Counted from the first letter of the stretch, positions 21,632-32,123 are shown. The stretch: 64,000 nucleotides of DNA from an uncultured Bacilli bacterium (GCA_934190785.1 CAKPTA010000002.1:146269-210268); one strand, 5' to 3'. Notes: generated by a model from the sequence alone, not told the origin. Numbers and translations are program-made.

Positions 21632-22502
21632 AAAAAGAGCATTAGGTAGAGGCCTAGAACAATTATTTAATAATGAAAATTTAGATGTTGATACATTAGA
21701 AAAGACAATTTATGAGAATGCTACTAATGATGAAGTTATTGAAATAAATCTTTCTGATTTAAGACCAAATCCTTATCAACCTAGAAAGGTATTTGATGAA
21801 AACGCATTGTCAGAGTTAGCTAGTTCGATAAAAGAACATGGCGTATTTCAACCAATTATTGTTAAGAAAAGTATTAAGGGATATGAAATTATAGCTGGAG
21901 AAAGACGCGTTCGTGCTAGTAAAATAGCTAACTTAGAAAAAATCCCAGCAATAATTAGAGATTTTTCAGATGAACAGATGATGGAAATTGCCTTACTTGA
22001 AAATTTACAAAGAGAAAACTTAAGTGCAATTGAAGAAGCATATGCATATAAGGCAATGTTAGAAAAATTGAATTTAACTCAGGAAGAACTTGCAAAAAAA
22101 GTTGGTAAAAGTAGAAGTCATTTGACTAATATTTTAGGATTACTTCGCCTTCCTGTTGAAGTTCAAAAAATGGTTACTTTAAATCGTATTTCCATGGCTC
22201 ATGCTCGTATTTTAAGTAAACTTGAAAACGATGATGAAATAAAAGAATTAGCAAATAAAATAGTGTCAGAAAAAATATCGGTTCATGAATTGGAAGAAAT
22301 GACAAGCTCTAATAAGGTAGAAAAGAAGGTAAAAATGCCTATGAGATCTACGTCTCAATCACGTGATTATAAATATGTTGAAGATATTTTAAGGGATAAA
22401 CTAGATGCTAAGGTAAAAATAACTGATAAAAAAATTGAAATAAAATTTACAAATGTAGCCGATTTAAATCGTATACTTGAAATATTAAATGTAAAGGAGT
22501 AG
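21621..22502 (+). CDS. parB: ParB/Spo0J family partition protein
   Basis: LGRGLEQL N-terminus, ParB box GERRVRAS, HTH. An alternative TTG start at 21612 is possible. Confidence 0.85.
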   Translation: METKKRALGRGLEQLFNNENLDVDTLEKTIYENATNDEVIEINLSDLRPNPYQPRKVFDENALSELASSIKEHGVFQPIIVKKSIKGYEIIAGERRVRASKIANLEKIPAIIRDFSDEQMMEIALLENLQRENLSAIEEAYAYKAMLEKLNLTQEELAKKVGKSRSHLTNILGLLRLPVEVQKMVTLNRISMAHARILSKLENDDEIKELANKIVSEKISVHELEEMTSSNKVEKKVKMPMRSTSQSRDYKYVEDILRDKLDAKVKITDKKIEIKFTNVADLNRILEILNVKE

Positions 22503-22508
22503 TTACGT

Positions 22509-23297
22509 ATGGAGAAATTTTTAATAAAAGAGATTGTATCTCCAATTATTATTATTTTAGTATTTACTCTTATATATTTAGTGATTAACAGTATAATAAA
22601 AAAAGTAATTAAATTACATTGTTCAAAAAAAACACAAAAAAGAAAAAAAACATTGATGATTTTGTTTAATAATATTGCAAAATATACATTAATTATAATA
22701 GCTATAGTAATGATTTTAAATGTATATGGTGTTAATACAACCGCTTTACTAACATCACTTGGTCTTGTTGGTTTGGGAGTTAGTTTATCTTTACAAGATA
22801 CTGTAAAAGATTTTCTTGCAGGAATATTTATTATATTTGAAAACCAATATGATGTTGGAGATACAATTGAAGTTGCGGGCTTTAAGGGTGAAGTTATTGC
22901 TCTTGGACTTAAAACCACTAAAATTAAAGCTGTAACTGGTGAAGTTAATATAATTGCTAATAGGAATATTGGTTCTGTAATAAACCATAGCTTTAGTAAT
23001 TCTCTCGCTGTTGTTGAATTTGACGTTTCATACGAACAAGATCCAAAAAAGGTAGAAAAGGTTTTAACAAGCTTTTGTTCAAGAATGACACAACAACTTA
23101 AATATCTAAAAGGGGATGTAACTTTATTTGGTATTACAAATTTTGGAGCATCTGGTGTTGGATATAAAATAACAGCTCCAACTGTTCCAATGAAGCATTA
23201 TGAAGTTGCTACAAAAATTCGTTATGAACTTCAAATAGAACTTACTAAAGAGGGTATAGAAATTCCATATGACCAGTTGGTGATTCATAATGCATGA
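22509..23297 (+). CDS. mscS: small-conductance mechanosensitive channel (MscS family)
   Basis: TM helices followed by LQDTVKDFLAGIFIIFENQYDVGDTIEVAGFKGEV, typical of the MscS pore helix and beta domain. Confidence 0.75.
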   Translation: MEKFLIKEIVSPIIIILVFTLIYLVINSIIKKVIKLHCSKKTQKRKKTLMILFNNIAKYTLIIIAIVMILNVYGVNTTALLTSLGLVGLGVSLSLQDTVKDFLAGIFIIFENQYDVGDTIEVAGFKGEVIALGLKTTKIKAVTGEVNIIANRNIGSVINHSFSNSLAVVEFDVSYEQDPKKVEKVLTSFCSRMTQQLKYLKGDVTLFGITNFGASGVGYKITAPTVPMKHYEVATKIRYELQIELTKEGIEIPYDQLVIHNA

Positions 23298-23469
23298 TTA
23301 TAAAGTAGGAAGTATTGTTATTATGAAAAAACCACATCCATGTGGAACAAATGAATGGCAAGTTACACGTGTTGGTGCAGATGTTAAAATAAAATGTCTA
23401 TCTTGTGGTAGGAGTATTATGCTTCCAAGAATAGAATTTAATAAAAAAATAAAAAAAGTAGTTAAATAG
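23290..23469 (+). CDS. DUF951-like small protein (59 aa, CxxC...CxxC)
   Basis: MHDYKVGSIVIMKKPHPCGTNEWQVTRVGADVKIKCLSCG. Overlaps the mscS stop by 8 nt. Absent from the ORF track because it is under 60 aa. Confidence 0.45.
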   Translation: MHDYKVGSIVIMKKPHPCGTNEWQVTRVGADVKIKCLSCGRSIMLPRIEFNKKIKKVVK

Positions 23470-23477
23470 GAGGAGTT

Positions 23478-25004
23478 ATGGCACGTATAAAAAATAAAAA
23501 GGAAAAAATATTTGGCCCAGTTTCTGTTATTATCATGTTGATATTTGGAATTGCTATTTTAAGTTTTTTAGTGTCGATACTAGGCATTGAAAGTCATAAA
23601 ACAGTAATTGCTAATGGAACCCTTGAGTCAACTCTTATTTCGGTTAGAAATTTATTCAGTTTGAATGGTATTAAATTTTTTATAGGAAATGCTATAACAA
23701 ACTTTACAAAATTTGAACCTTTAGCATTAATTATAATTGTTTCAATAGGAATTGGAATTTGCGAGAAAAGTGGTATTATATATCACATGGTTTCTCCATT
23801 TAAAAAAATTAAGTTTAGTGTACTTATATATTTTACTTTTATAGCCGGGGTTATTTTCTCATTTATTGGAGATTATAGTTATGTTTTGTTAATACCACTA
23901 GTTGGAGTTATATATAAAGATATATCAAAAAATCCGATGATAGGTATTATAACTGTTTATTTAGGGCTTACAATTGGATATGGAACGGGACTTATATTTA
24001 ATTATAATGACTATGTTCTTGGTAATTTAACTCAAGCAGCCGCATCTTTGGAAATTGATAAGACATATGGATTTGGTTTATTTTCTAATATTTATATTAT
24101 GATTGTTTCAACTTTGATTTTGTCTTTTTTTGGAACAATTGTAATCGAAAAGTTCATAGTACCAAAATTTAAGAAAAAATATAATTATGAGGAAGAAGAA
24201 GTCATTATAAGTAAAAAAGCATTGTCTGTAACCATGATAGTTAGTTTAATTTTATGGCTTATTGTTATTTATATGCTTTTACCAATTAAATTACCAGGTG
24301 CTGGTATATTGCTTGATCAGAGTTCTGAAAGATATATGGATAAATTATTTGGTACTAAGTCAGCTTTTAGAGAAGGAATACTTGTTATAATAACAATTGT
24401 TATGATGGTATCAAGTTATGTATATGGGAAAATATCTGGTAATATAAAAACAAGTAATGAGTATAGTTTGGGTCTTTCAAAAAACCTTGAAAATTTAGGA
24501 TTTATGTTTGTTCTATTATTTTTTACATCGCAAATGTTATCAATTTTAGATTGGACGAATTTAGGACAATTTGTGTGTGGAAAGATAGTTGAAATTATAG
24601 GAAATTTTCAATTCTCTGGGGTACTTTTGATTATTGCATTTATAATTGGAACTATTTTATCAAGTATTTTGTTACCTGATACAGTTGCAAAGTGGGAACT
24701 TATGTCACCAACACTTATTCCTTTATTTATGCGTTCTAATATAACACCTGATTTTGCTCAGTTTATATTTAAAGTATCTGATGGTATTGGAAAATGTTTC
24801 ACCCCATTATTTGTTTATTTTATTATCATGTTAGCTTTTCTAGAAAAATATCGTGTTGATGAAAAGAAACAAATTAGTATCTTTGGAACATTAAAAGCAA
24901 TTTTACCAACGGTACTTATACTTACATTTATATGGATTTTAATTATTTGTTTATGGTATTTAATTGGAATTCCAATTGGTGTAAGTACGATGTCAACATT
25001 GTAA
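23478..25004 (+). CDS. AbgT family transporter (p-aminobenzoyl-glutamate transporter family)
   Basis: 508 aa polytopic protein. The N-terminal region FIGNAITNFTKFEPLALIIIVSIGIGICEKSGII resembles the AbgT conserved motif. RBS AGGAGG. Confidence 0.6.
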   Translation: MARIKNKKEKIFGPVSVIIMLIFGIAILSFLVSILGIESHKTVIANGTLESTLISVRNLFSLNGIKFFIGNAITNFTKFEPLALIIIVSIGIGICEKSGIIYHMVSPFKKIKFSVLIYFTFIAGVIFSFIGDYSYVLLIPLVGVIYKDISKNPMIGIITVYLGLTIGYGTGLIFNYNDYVLGNLTQAAASLEIDKTYGFGLFSNIYIMIVSTLILSFFGTIVIEKFIVPKFKKKYNYEEEEVIISKKALSVTMIVSLILWLIVIYMLLPIKLPGAGILLDQSSERYMDKLFGTKSAFREGILVIITIVMMVSSYVYGKISGNIKTSNEYSLGLSKNLENLGFMFVLLFFTSQMLSILDWTNLGQFVCGKIVEIIGNFQFSGVLLIIAFIIGTILSSILLPDTVAKWELMSPTLIPLFMRSNITPDFAQFIFKVSDGIGKCFTPLFVYFIIMLAFLEKYRVDEKKQISIFGTLKAILPTVLILTFIWILIICLWYLIGIPIGVSTMSTL

Positions 25005-25015
25005 AGGAGGTAATT

Positions 25016-26116
25016 ATGGGATTAAAAGCAGGAATTGTTGGTTTACCAAATGTAGGTAAATCAACATTATTTAATGCAATAACAAAACAAAATATTTTGG
25101 CAGCTAATTATCCATTTGCTACAATAGAACCAAATGTAGGTGTTGTTGTTGTTCCAGATGAAAGGCTAAATTTTTTGAATGAATTATATAAACCTAAAAG
25201 TTTGGTTCCAACATCATTTGAGTTTACTGATATAGCAGGTCTTGTAAAAGGGGCAAGTAATGGTGAAGGTTTAGGTAATAAGTTTTTATCACATATTAGA
25301 GAAGTTGATGCTATTGTTGAGGTTGTTCGATGTTTTGACGATAATAATATTACTCACGTAGAAGGAATTATAGATCCTATACGCGATATTGAAATCATAA
25401 ATATTGAACTTATTTTAGCTGATTTAGAAGTAGTTGAAAATCGCTTAAATAGAATTGGTAAAAAAGCAATTATGTCAAAAGATAAAGAAACGCTTAAAGA
25501 AGTTGAATTTTTGACAAAAATAAAAGATTCATTAGTAAAAAATATTCCAATTCGTAGGATAGAACTTAATGAGGATGAGATTTTTATGTCATCATCATTT
25601 AATTTTTTAACACAAAAGCCAATAATTTATATGGCTAACATAGATGAAGAAGACATTTTAAAAGATGGAAATAAATATGTTGATATGGTTCGTAAATATG
25701 CCAGTGAAGAGGGATCTGAAGTAATCACTGTATGTGCTAAAATAGAGGCTGAGTTAGCTGAGCTAAGTGAAGATGATCAGAATTTATTTTTAGCTGATAT
25801 GGGATTGTCAGAAAGTGGATTAACTAAACTTATTCAGGCAACATATAAATTACTTGGACTTGCAACTTATTTTACTGCTGGAAGTGATGAATGTAGAGCT
25901 TGGACTTTTAAAGTAGGAATGAAAGCTCCTGAATGTGCTGGAATTATTCATTCTGATTTTGAAAAGGGTTTTATTAGGGCAGAAGTTATGAGTTTTGATG
26001 ATCTTAAAAAATATGGTACAGAACTTAAAGTAAAAGAAGCCGGAAGAATGAGATTAGAGGGAAAGGAATATACTATGAATGATGGGGATATCTGTTATTT
26101 CCGTTTCAATGTATAG
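25016..26116 (+). CDS. ychF: ribosome-binding ATPase YchF (Obg-family GTPase fold)
   Basis: MGLKAGIVGLPNVGKSTLFNAIT and a TGS C-terminal domain. RBS AGGAGG lies before the ATG at 25016. Sits upstream of rpsF as in Bacillus. Confidence 0.9.
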   Translation: MGLKAGIVGLPNVGKSTLFNAITKQNILAANYPFATIEPNVGVVVVPDERLNFLNELYKPKSLVPTSFEFTDIAGLVKGASNGEGLGNKFLSHIREVDAIVEVVRCFDDNNITHVEGIIDPIRDIEIINIELILADLEVVENRLNRIGKKAIMSKDKETLKEVEFLTKIKDSLVKNIPIRRIELNEDEIFMSSSFNFLTQKPIIYMANIDEEDILKDGNKYVDMVRKYASEEGSEVITVCAKIEAELAELSEDDQNLFLADMGLSESGLTKLIQATYKLLGLATYFTAGSDECRAWTFKVGMKAPECAGIIHSDFEKGFIRAEVMSFDDLKKYGTELKVKEAGRMRLEGKEYTMNDGDICYFRFNV

Positions 26117-26126
26117 AGGTGAAAAA

Positions 26127-26774
26127 ATGCTAAAACAAAATAATGTAATTGCTAAATCTTTTGGATGGATGTTTATAGGATTATTATTAACATTTGCTAC
26201 AGGGTATTATTTATCATGTAATGAATACACTTTATATAAAATATTTTCAGGTGGCTTATGGATTGTTTTAATTTTATTAGAACTTGGTACAGTTATATTT
26301 TTATCAAGTAGAATAAATAAAATGAGCCCTAATACAGCTAAGATAGTATTTATGTTATATTCAGTTCTAACAGGGTTAACTTTTTCATCAATATTTATTT
26401 TATATGAGTTACAATCAATAATATATGTATTTATTGCAACTGGCTTAGTTTTTGGAGCATTTGCTCTTTTAGGATATTATACAAAAATAGATTTAACTAA
26501 ATTTGGAACATATTTAATGATGATGTTATTTGGAATAATTATATGTTCAATTATAAATATATTTATTGGTTCAACTATGTTTGATATTATAATTTCATGT
26601 ATATCTATAATAGTTTTTGTAGCATATACAGCATATGATGTTAAAAAAATAAAAATGTTAGCTGAATCATCAACTAGCGAAAATATTGCTATAATAGGGG
26701 CGTTAGAATTATATTTAGATTTTATAAATTTATTTTTAGAGATACTTAATCTATTTGGAAAATCAAAAGATTAA
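26127..26774 (+). CDS. Bax inhibitor-1/YccA family membrane protein
   Basis: About 215 aa with seven predicted TM helices and the family's characteristic length. Start chosen at MLKQNN. Confidence 0.5.
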   Translation: MLKQNNVIAKSFGWMFIGLLLTFATGYYLSCNEYTLYKIFSGGLWIVLILLELGTVIFLSSRINKMSPNTAKIVFMLYSVLTGLTFSSIFILYELQSIIYVFIATGLVFGAFALLGYYTKIDLTKFGTYLMMMLFGIIICSIINIFIGSTMFDIIISCISIIVFVAYTAYDVKKIKMLAESSTSENIAIIGALELYLDFINLFLEILNLFGKSKD

Positions 26775-26782
26775 AAAAGGGT

Positions 26783-26810
26783 TTACTTTTAAAAAAAAGT
26801 TTGTTATAAT
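26783..26810 (+). promoter_or_regulatory. sigma-A-type promoter for rpsF-ssb-rpsR
   Basis: -35 TTTACT, 17-nt spacer, -10 TATAAT. A structured roughly 60-nt leader follows (candidate S6:S18 autoregulatory leader). Confidence 0.5.
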
Positions 26811-26876
26811 CAATTGCGAGTATTAATTTACTCCTTGCTTCTTTGGAAGCCGTAAAGACCATAGGGAGGTGTAAGA

Positions 26877-27167
26877 ATGAGAAATTATGAGATTATGTTT
26901 ATCGTAAGACCTACATTAAGTGAAGATGAGACAAAAGCTGTAATAAAAAACTTTGGTGATGTTTTAACTTCAAATGGAGCAAAAATTGTAGATTCTAAAG
27001 ATATGGGTCAAAGAGAATTAGCTTATGAAATTAAAGATTGTAAGAGTGGTTATTACTACGTTTACGAAGCAGAAGCTGATAGCGATAAAGCAGTTAGAGA
27101 ATTTGATCGTCTAGCATCAATTAGTAATGATATTATACGTCATTTAATTACAAAGCTAGAAAAGTAG
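26877..27167 (+). CDS. rpsF: 30S ribosomal protein S6
   Basis: MRNYEIMFIVRP... 96 aa. Confidence 0.9.
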   Translation: MRNYEIMFIVRPTLSEDETKAVIKNFGDVLTSNGAKIVDSKDMGQRELAYEIKDCKSGYYYVYEAEADSDKAVREFDRLASISNDIIRHLITKLEK

Positions 27168-27182
27168 AATTGAGGTATTATT

Positions 27183-27647
27183 ATGAATCGTGTTATGTTG
27201 ATTGGACGTTTAACGGCAAAACCAGAGCTTAGATATACAGGGTCAAATATTCCTTATTCAAGATTTTCTATTGCTATAAATCGTTCATTTAGTAATAATC
27301 AAGGACAAAGAGAAACTGATTTTATTAATATCGTTGTTTGGAGAAAACAAGCTGAAAATGTATGCAATTTTTTAGACAAAGGTAGTTTAGTCGCTGTAGA
27401 AGGTAGACTACAAACTGGAAATTATGATGACAAAGATGGTAACAAACGTTATACAATGGATGTAGTTGGAGACAATGTTCAATTTTTAGAGAGCAAGAGT
27501 CAATCACAAAATAGAACTAGCAGTAGTTCTGATAATTCTTATGATTATCAACCTAGCGAACCAAGTTATCCTACAATGGATGTAGCAAATGATCCATTTG
27601 CTGATTTTGGTGATAGTGTGTCCATTGATGATAATTTCCTAGATTAA
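27183..27647 (+). CDS. ssb: single-stranded DNA-binding protein
   Basis: OB fold MNRVMLIGRLTAKPELRYT. Low-complexity Ser/Gln-rich linker and acidic tail. Confidence 0.9.
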   Translation: MNRVMLIGRLTAKPELRYTGSNIPYSRFSIAINRSFSNNQGQRETDFINIVVWRKQAENVCNFLDKGSLVAVEGRLQTGNYDDKDGNKRYTMDVVGDNVQFLESKSQSQNRTSSSSDNSYDYQPSEPSYPTMDVANDPFADFGDSVSIDDNFLD

Positions 27648-27662
27648 GGAGGATATATAATA

Positions 27663-27881
27663 ATGGCAGAATTTCATAGAAAAAAGAAAAAAATATGTCA
27701 AATGTGTGCTGGTAAATCTGTTGATTATAAAGATGCAGAAATTATTAAAAAATATATAAGTGCAGATAGAGCAAAGATTTTACCTCGTCGTATGTCAGGA
27801 GCATGTGCAAAACATCAAAGACATATTGCTAATGAAGTAAAAAAAGCAAGATTTATGGGTATTATTCCATTCGTAAAATAA
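27663..27881 (+). CDS. rpsR: 30S ribosomal protein S18
   Basis: 72 aa, KKICQMCAG...DYKD...ILPRR. A hairpin terminator follows at 27882-27906 (AAGAC/GTCTT plus T8). Confidence 0.9.
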   Translation: MAEFHRKKKKICQMCAGKSVDYKDAEIIKKYISADRAKILPRRMSGACAKHQRHIANEVKKARFMGIIPFVK

Positions 27882-27949
27882 GACTATGTCTTGTTTTTTT
27901 TGTTGCCAAAATAAAAAAAGTAGTATATACTTTTTATGGTGATAATAAT

Positions 27950-28405
27950 ATGAAAAAAGGGTTTACATTAGTAGAACTTCTAGCCGTAATAGTTGTTTTA
28001 TCGATAATATCTGTAATTTCTGTTCCGCTAGTTTCCGATGTTATTGAAAAGGGTAGAATTAGTGCTATTCAAAACAGTGTTGAATTTTATGTTTCAGAAA
28101 TTGAAAATGCTTATGCAGAATGGAGTATAGAAGGATATCCAAATAATTTAAGTATAAGTGTTAAAGAAGAAGGCTACATTGAGCTTTCTGCATCTGAAGT
28201 AAATACTGTTCTTAAAATTAAAGGAACAAAACCTTTGTCGGGAACTATTGTCATAAATTCAAACTTAGATGAGTCTAATGCATTATATGGTTTTGTAGTT
28301 GATGCAAAATTAAAATATGATGGCGGATTTGATGCTACATATACATATGATTTAAATACCGCTGGAAATAATAAGAAAAAAATTACAGTTGTACGTGGTA
28401 ACTAA
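27950..28405 (+). CDS. prepilin-type N-terminal cleavage/methylation domain protein (type IV pilin / pseudopilin-like)
   Basis: MKKGFTLVELLAVIVVLSIISVISV is a class III signal peptide: G/FTLVE cleavage motif plus hydrophobic helix. 151 aa. Terminator hairpin at 28402-28432. Confidence 0.6.
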   Translation: MKKGFTLVELLAVIVVLSIISVISVPLVSDVIEKGRISAIQNSVEFYVSEIENAYAEWSIEGYPNNLSISVKEEGYIELSASEVNTVLKIKGTKPLSGTIVINSNLDESNALYGFVVDAKLKYDGGFDATYTYDLNTAGNNKKKITVVRGN

Positions 28406-28451
28406 CATAGAATAATTTCTATGTTTTTTTTGAAAAAGTTATAAAAAAAGC

Positions 28452-28480
28452 TTGTAATTCATATAGTTTTATTGTATAAT
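28452..28480 (+). promoter_or_regulatory. sigma-A-type promoter and long leader of the S10 operon
   Basis: -35 TTGTAA, 17-nt spacer, -10 TATAAT. A leader of about 130 nt runs to the rpsJ RBS (candidate L4 autoregulatory S10 leader). Confidence 0.45.
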
Positions 28481-28614
28481 TTTGAATGTGTGGCACGCAT
28501 TGATGTGTGAGGTTGCTGATACGCCAGGTTAAGTTGTTAGCAATTTAAAATGGTAAATTCAGGTTTTTACACGGAGCGAGTCTATACTGGATATAGGCGA
28601 AGGGAGGATACAAT

Positions 28615-28923
28615 ATGTCAAAAACTAAAGTAAGCATTAAGTTAAAAGCTTTTGAACACAAGAGCTTAGATAATGCATGTGCTAAAATAGTCGAAACTGT
28701 AAAGAGGACAGGTGGAGAAATTAGTGGTCCAGTACCATTACCAACTGAAATCGAAAAAATTACAATTTTAAGAGCTGTTCATAAATATAAAGATTCACGT
28801 GAACAATTCGAAAAAAGAACACACAAAAGACTTATTGTTATCAACAATCCAAGTAAGGAAACTATTGAGTCATTAACTCATTTAGAAATTCCAAGTGGTG
28901 TTGATATTCAAATAAAGTTATAA
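28615..28923 (+). CDS. rpsJ: 30S ribosomal protein S10
   Basis: 102 aa, IRLKAFEHK... Confidence 0.95.
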   Translation: MSKTKVSIKLKAFEHKSLDNACAKIVETVKRTGGEISGPVPLPTEIEKITILRAVHKYKDSREQFEKRTHKRLIVINNPSKETIESLTHLEIPSGVDIQIKL

Positions 28924-28941
28924 AAATAGGAGGATGAATTT

Positions 28942-29691
28942 ATGAAAAAGGGAATCTTAGGTCGTAAATTAGGAATGACTCAAGTATTTACAGAATCTGG
29001 TAAATTAATTCCTGTTACTGTTGTTGAAGTTGAACCAAACGTGGTTACACAAATTAAAACAAAAGAAACTGATGGATATGAAGCAATTCAACTAGGTTTT
29101 GATACAAAGAGAGAAAAGTTAGCGACAAAAGCTTCTGTTGGTATTACTAACAAAGCAAACACTACACCTAAGCGCTTCTTTAGAGAGATTAGAGATGTAG
29201 AAGTTAACAATTATTCTTTAGGACAAGAAATTAAAGTAGATATCTTTTCTGAAGGAGAAGTTGTTGATGTAACTGGAACTACAAAAGGAAAAGGGTTCCA
29301 AGGTGTTATTAAACGACACAATCAAAGCAGAGGACCTATGGGACATGGTTCACATTATCATAGAGGACCAGGATCTATGGGTACTATGAGACCAATGCGT
29401 GTATTTAAAGGTAAAAAATTACCAGGACATATGGGTACACTTACTGTTACAATTCAAAACCTTGAAGTAGTAATGGTAGATGTTGAAAATAATTGCATTT
29501 TAATTAAAGGTAATATTCCAGGGCCTAAAAAATCTTTGGTTATTATTAAGTCAGCTGTAAAAAATCCAGATACTGTTAAAGAAGTAGAAAAGATTAATAA
29601 ATATACAGCTGAAGAAATCGTTGAAACACCTGTAAGTGAAGAGTCTGCTGCTACATCTACAGAAAATGTAGAAGAAACAGTTGCTGAATAA
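28942..29691 (+). CDS. rplC: 50S ribosomal protein L3 (with about 40-aa acidic C-terminal extension)
   Basis: [16 protein letters not shown]. 249 aa versus about 209 typical. Confidence 0.9.
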   Translation: MKKGILGRKLGMTQVFTESGKLIPVTVVEVEPNVVTQIKTKETDGYEAIQLGFDTKREKLATKASVGITNKANTTPKRFFREIRDVEVNNYSLGQEIKVDIFSEGEVVDVTGTTKGKGFQGVIKRHNQSRGPMGHGSHYHRGPGSMGTMRPMRVFKGKKLPGHMGTLTVTIQNLEVVMVDVENNCILIKGNIPGPKKSLVIIKSAVKNPDTVKEVEKINKYTAEEIVETPVSEESAATSTENVEETVAE

Positions 29692-29705
29692 GGAGGCACA
29701 AATAT

Positions 29706-30329
29706 ATGAAAAAAATGTCTGTTTTAAATATTAAAGGTGAAAAAGTAAACGATATTACTTTAAATGCTGAAGTTTGGGGAATTGTTCCAAATGATGCAGT
29801 ATTATATGATGCAATTACATTAGCAAGAAATTCAATGAGACAAGGTACTCATGAAACAAAAACACGTAGTGAAGTTTCTGGTGGTGGAAGAAAACCATGG
29901 AGACAAAAAGGTACTGGACGTGCTCGTCAAGGAAGTATTCGTGCAGCACAATGGTATCACGGTGGTATCGTATTTGGGCCACATATGAGAAGTTACGATA
30001 AAAAGATGAATCGTAAAGAAAGAAGATTAGCTTTAAAATCAGCTTTAGCTTACAAAACTATTAATAGTGAACTTGTTATCGTTGATAACTTTACTTTAAT
30101 TAGTGGGAAGACAAAAGAAGTTAAAGAAATTTTAAAAACTTTAGATGCTTCAAAAAATATATTATTAGTTGTAAATGAATTAGATGAAAATATAATTTTA
30201 GCAACTCGTAATTTAGATAATGTTACATTATTAGAAGCAAATGAAATAAATGTATTAGATGTTATTGCAGCTGATAAAATGATTATTACAGCAGATGCAA
30301 TTAAAACAATAGAGGAGGTGCTTGTTTAA
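29706..30329 (+). CDS. rplD: 50S ribosomal protein L4
   Basis: 207 aa. [16 protein letters not shown] motif. Confidence 0.9.
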   Translation: MKKMSVLNIKGEKVNDITLNAEVWGIVPNDAVLYDAITLARNSMRQGTHETKTRSEVSGGGRKPWRQKGTGRARQGSIRAAQWYHGGIVFGPHMRSYDKKMNRKERRLALKSALAYKTINSELVIVDNFTLISGKTKEVKEILKTLDASKNILLVVNELDENIILATRNLDNVTLLEANEINVLDVIAADKMIITADAIKTIEEVLV

Positions 30330-30610
30330 TGAATAATTATAGAGATATTATAAAAGCGCCAATTATAACTGAAAAAAGTGCTGATTTAGCTCAAAATCAT
30401 AACACAATTACATTTAGTGTAGATGTAAAAGCTAATAAAACACAAATCAAACAAGCTATTGAAAAAATATTCAATGTTAAAGTTGAAAGTGTTAATACAG
30501 TAAATGTTAAGCCAAAGAAGAAAAGAGTTGGACGTTATACTGGAAAAACAAATAAAGTAAAAAAAGCAATTGTTAAATTAAGTGAAGGAAGTTCTATTGA
30601 ACTTAACTAA
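30329..30610 (+). CDS. rplW: 50S ribosomal protein L23
   Basis: 93 aa. [11 protein letters not shown]. Confidence 0.9.
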   Translation: MNNYRDIIKAPIITEKSADLAQNHNTITFSVDVKANKTQIKQAIEKIFNVKVESVNTVNVKPKKKRVGRYTGKTNKVKKAIVKLSEGSSIELN

Positions 30611-30628
30611 TGTTAGGAGGAGAAATAT

Positions 30629-31459
30629 ATGGCTATTAAGAATTTTAAACCAATGACTAATGGTACTCGTGGTATGTCAAAGTTAATTAACGAAGAAATT
30701 ACTACTTCTACTCCAGAAAAGTCATTAGTTGTTACTTTAAAGAAAACAGGTGGACGTAATAACCAAGGACGTTTAACTGTTAGACATATTGGTGGAGGAG
30801 CTAAGAGAAAATACCGTATTATTGATTTTAGAAGAAATAAAGATGGTATTGTTGGAACAGTTACTTCTATTGAATATGATCCAAATAGATCTGCTAACAT
30901 TGCTTTAATTACATATGCTGATGGAGAAAAAAGATATATAATTGCTCCAAAAGGTTTAAAGGTTGGTGCAAAAATTGAAAGTGGAGCTAATGCTGACATT
31001 AAAGTTGGTAATAACCTTCCACTTGAAAATATTCCTGAAGGAACACTTGTACACAATGTTGAACTTAAGGCTGGAAAAGGCGGACAAATGGCTCGTTCTG
31101 CTGGTTCAAGCGTACAAATCTTAGGACGTGAAGGAAAATATACATTACTTCGTTTATCAAGTGGTGAAGTTCGTAAAGTTCTAAGTGTTTGTAGAGCAAC
31201 AATCGGAGAAGTTGGAAACGCTGATCATGAACTTGTTCATGTTGGTAAAGCTGGTAGAAAAAGACATATGGGAATTCGTCCTACAGTTAGAGGATCTGTT
31301 ATGAACCCTAATGATCACCCACATGGTGGTGGAGAAGGTCGTGCGCCAATCGGACGTAAAGGACCAGTTACTCCATGGGGAAAACCTGCATTGGGATATA
31401 AGACACGTAAAAACAAAAAAGCTTCTGATAAGTTAATTGTTCGTCGTCGTAAAAAATAG
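30629..31459 (+). CDS. rplB: 50S ribosomal protein L2
   Basis: 276 aa. [22 protein letters not shown]. Confidence 0.95.
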   Translation: MAIKNFKPMTNGTRGMSKLINEEITTSTPEKSLVVTLKKTGGRNNQGRLTVRHIGGGAKRKYRIIDFRRNKDGIVGTVTSIEYDPNRSANIALITYADGEKRYIIAPKGLKVGAKIESGANADIKVGNNLPLENIPEGTLVHNVELKAGKGGQMARSAGSSVQILGREGKYTLLRLSSGEVRKVLSVCRATIGEVGNADHELVHVGKAGRKRHMGIRPTVRGSVMNPNDHPHGGGEGRAPIGRKGPVTPWGKPALGYKTRKNKKASDKLIVRRRKK

Positions 31460-31475
31460 TGAAAGGATGGTTTAA

Positions 31476-31742
31476 ATGGCTAGAAGTTTAAAAAAAGGAC
31501 CTTTTATTGATTCTCATTTAATGAGTAAGGTTAAAAAAGTTAATGAATCTGGAAAAAAAGAAGTAATTAAAACATGGTCTCGCCGTTCAACAATTTATCC
31601 TGAATTTATCGGACATACATTTGCCGTTCATAATGGTAAAGAATTTATCCCTGTTTATGTTACTGAAGATATGGTAGGTCATAAATTAGGTGAATTCGCG
31701 TTAACCCGTAAATTTGGTGGACATGGCGATGACAAAAAGTAG
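31476..31742 (+). CDS. rpsS: 30S ribosomal protein S19
   Basis: [12 protein letters not shown]... 88 aa. Confidence 0.95.
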   Translation: MARSLKKGPFIDSHLMSKVKKVNESGKKEVIKTWSRRSTIYPEFIGHTFAVHNGKEFIPVYVTEDMVGHKLGEFALTRKFGGHGDDKK

Positions 31743-31770
31743 TAATTAGTTATCAGGAAGGAGGACTAAA

Positions 31771-32106
31771 ATGGAAGCAAAAGCGATTGCAAAAGGAGTT
31801 AGAATTGCACCTCGCAAGTGCCGTTTAGTTATAGATTTAATACGTGGAAAAAGCGTAGTAGAAGCTGACAAAATTTTAAAAAATATAAATAAAGAAGCTG
31901 CAAGATTAAGTCATAAAGTACTTACATCTGCAGTAGCAAATGCCGAAAATAATTTACATTTAGATAAAGAAAACTTATATGTTAAAGAAGCTTATGTAAA
32001 TGAAGGTCAAGTAATGAAAAGAATGAAATTTGGTTCACGTGGACATGTGGATCCAATTAAAAAAAGAACAAGCCACATTACAATTGTTGTAAGTGAGAAA
32101 AAATAG
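31771..32106 (+). CDS. rplV: 50S ribosomal protein L22
   Basis: 111 aa. [17 protein letters not shown]. Confidence 0.9.
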   Translation: MEAKAIAKGVRIAPRKCRLVIDLIRGKSVVEADKILKNINKEAARLSHKVLTSAVANAENNLHLDKENLYVKEAYVNEGQVMKRMKFGSRGHVDPIKKRTSHITIVVSEKK

Positions 32107-32123
32107 ATAAAGGAGGTAAACTG

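Noticed and set aside
22367-22918. 183-aa minus-strand ORF overlapping parB 3-prime end and the mscS start
   Set aside because: It overlaps two well-supported plus-strand genes. It has no homology features. Its composition matches an AT-rich antisense frame.
27183-27647. SSB C-terminal tail ending DDNFLD instead of the usual DDDIPF/DDDLPF
   Set aside because: This is minor sequence variation in an acidic tail that still ends with hydrophobic and acidic residues. It is not sufficient evidence of functional divergence.
30613-31056. 147-aa minus-strand ORF antisense to rplB
   Set aside because: It lies entirely inside the highly conserved L2 coding sequence on the opposite strand. It has no RBS and a low-complexity translation. 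Typical spurious antisense ORF.
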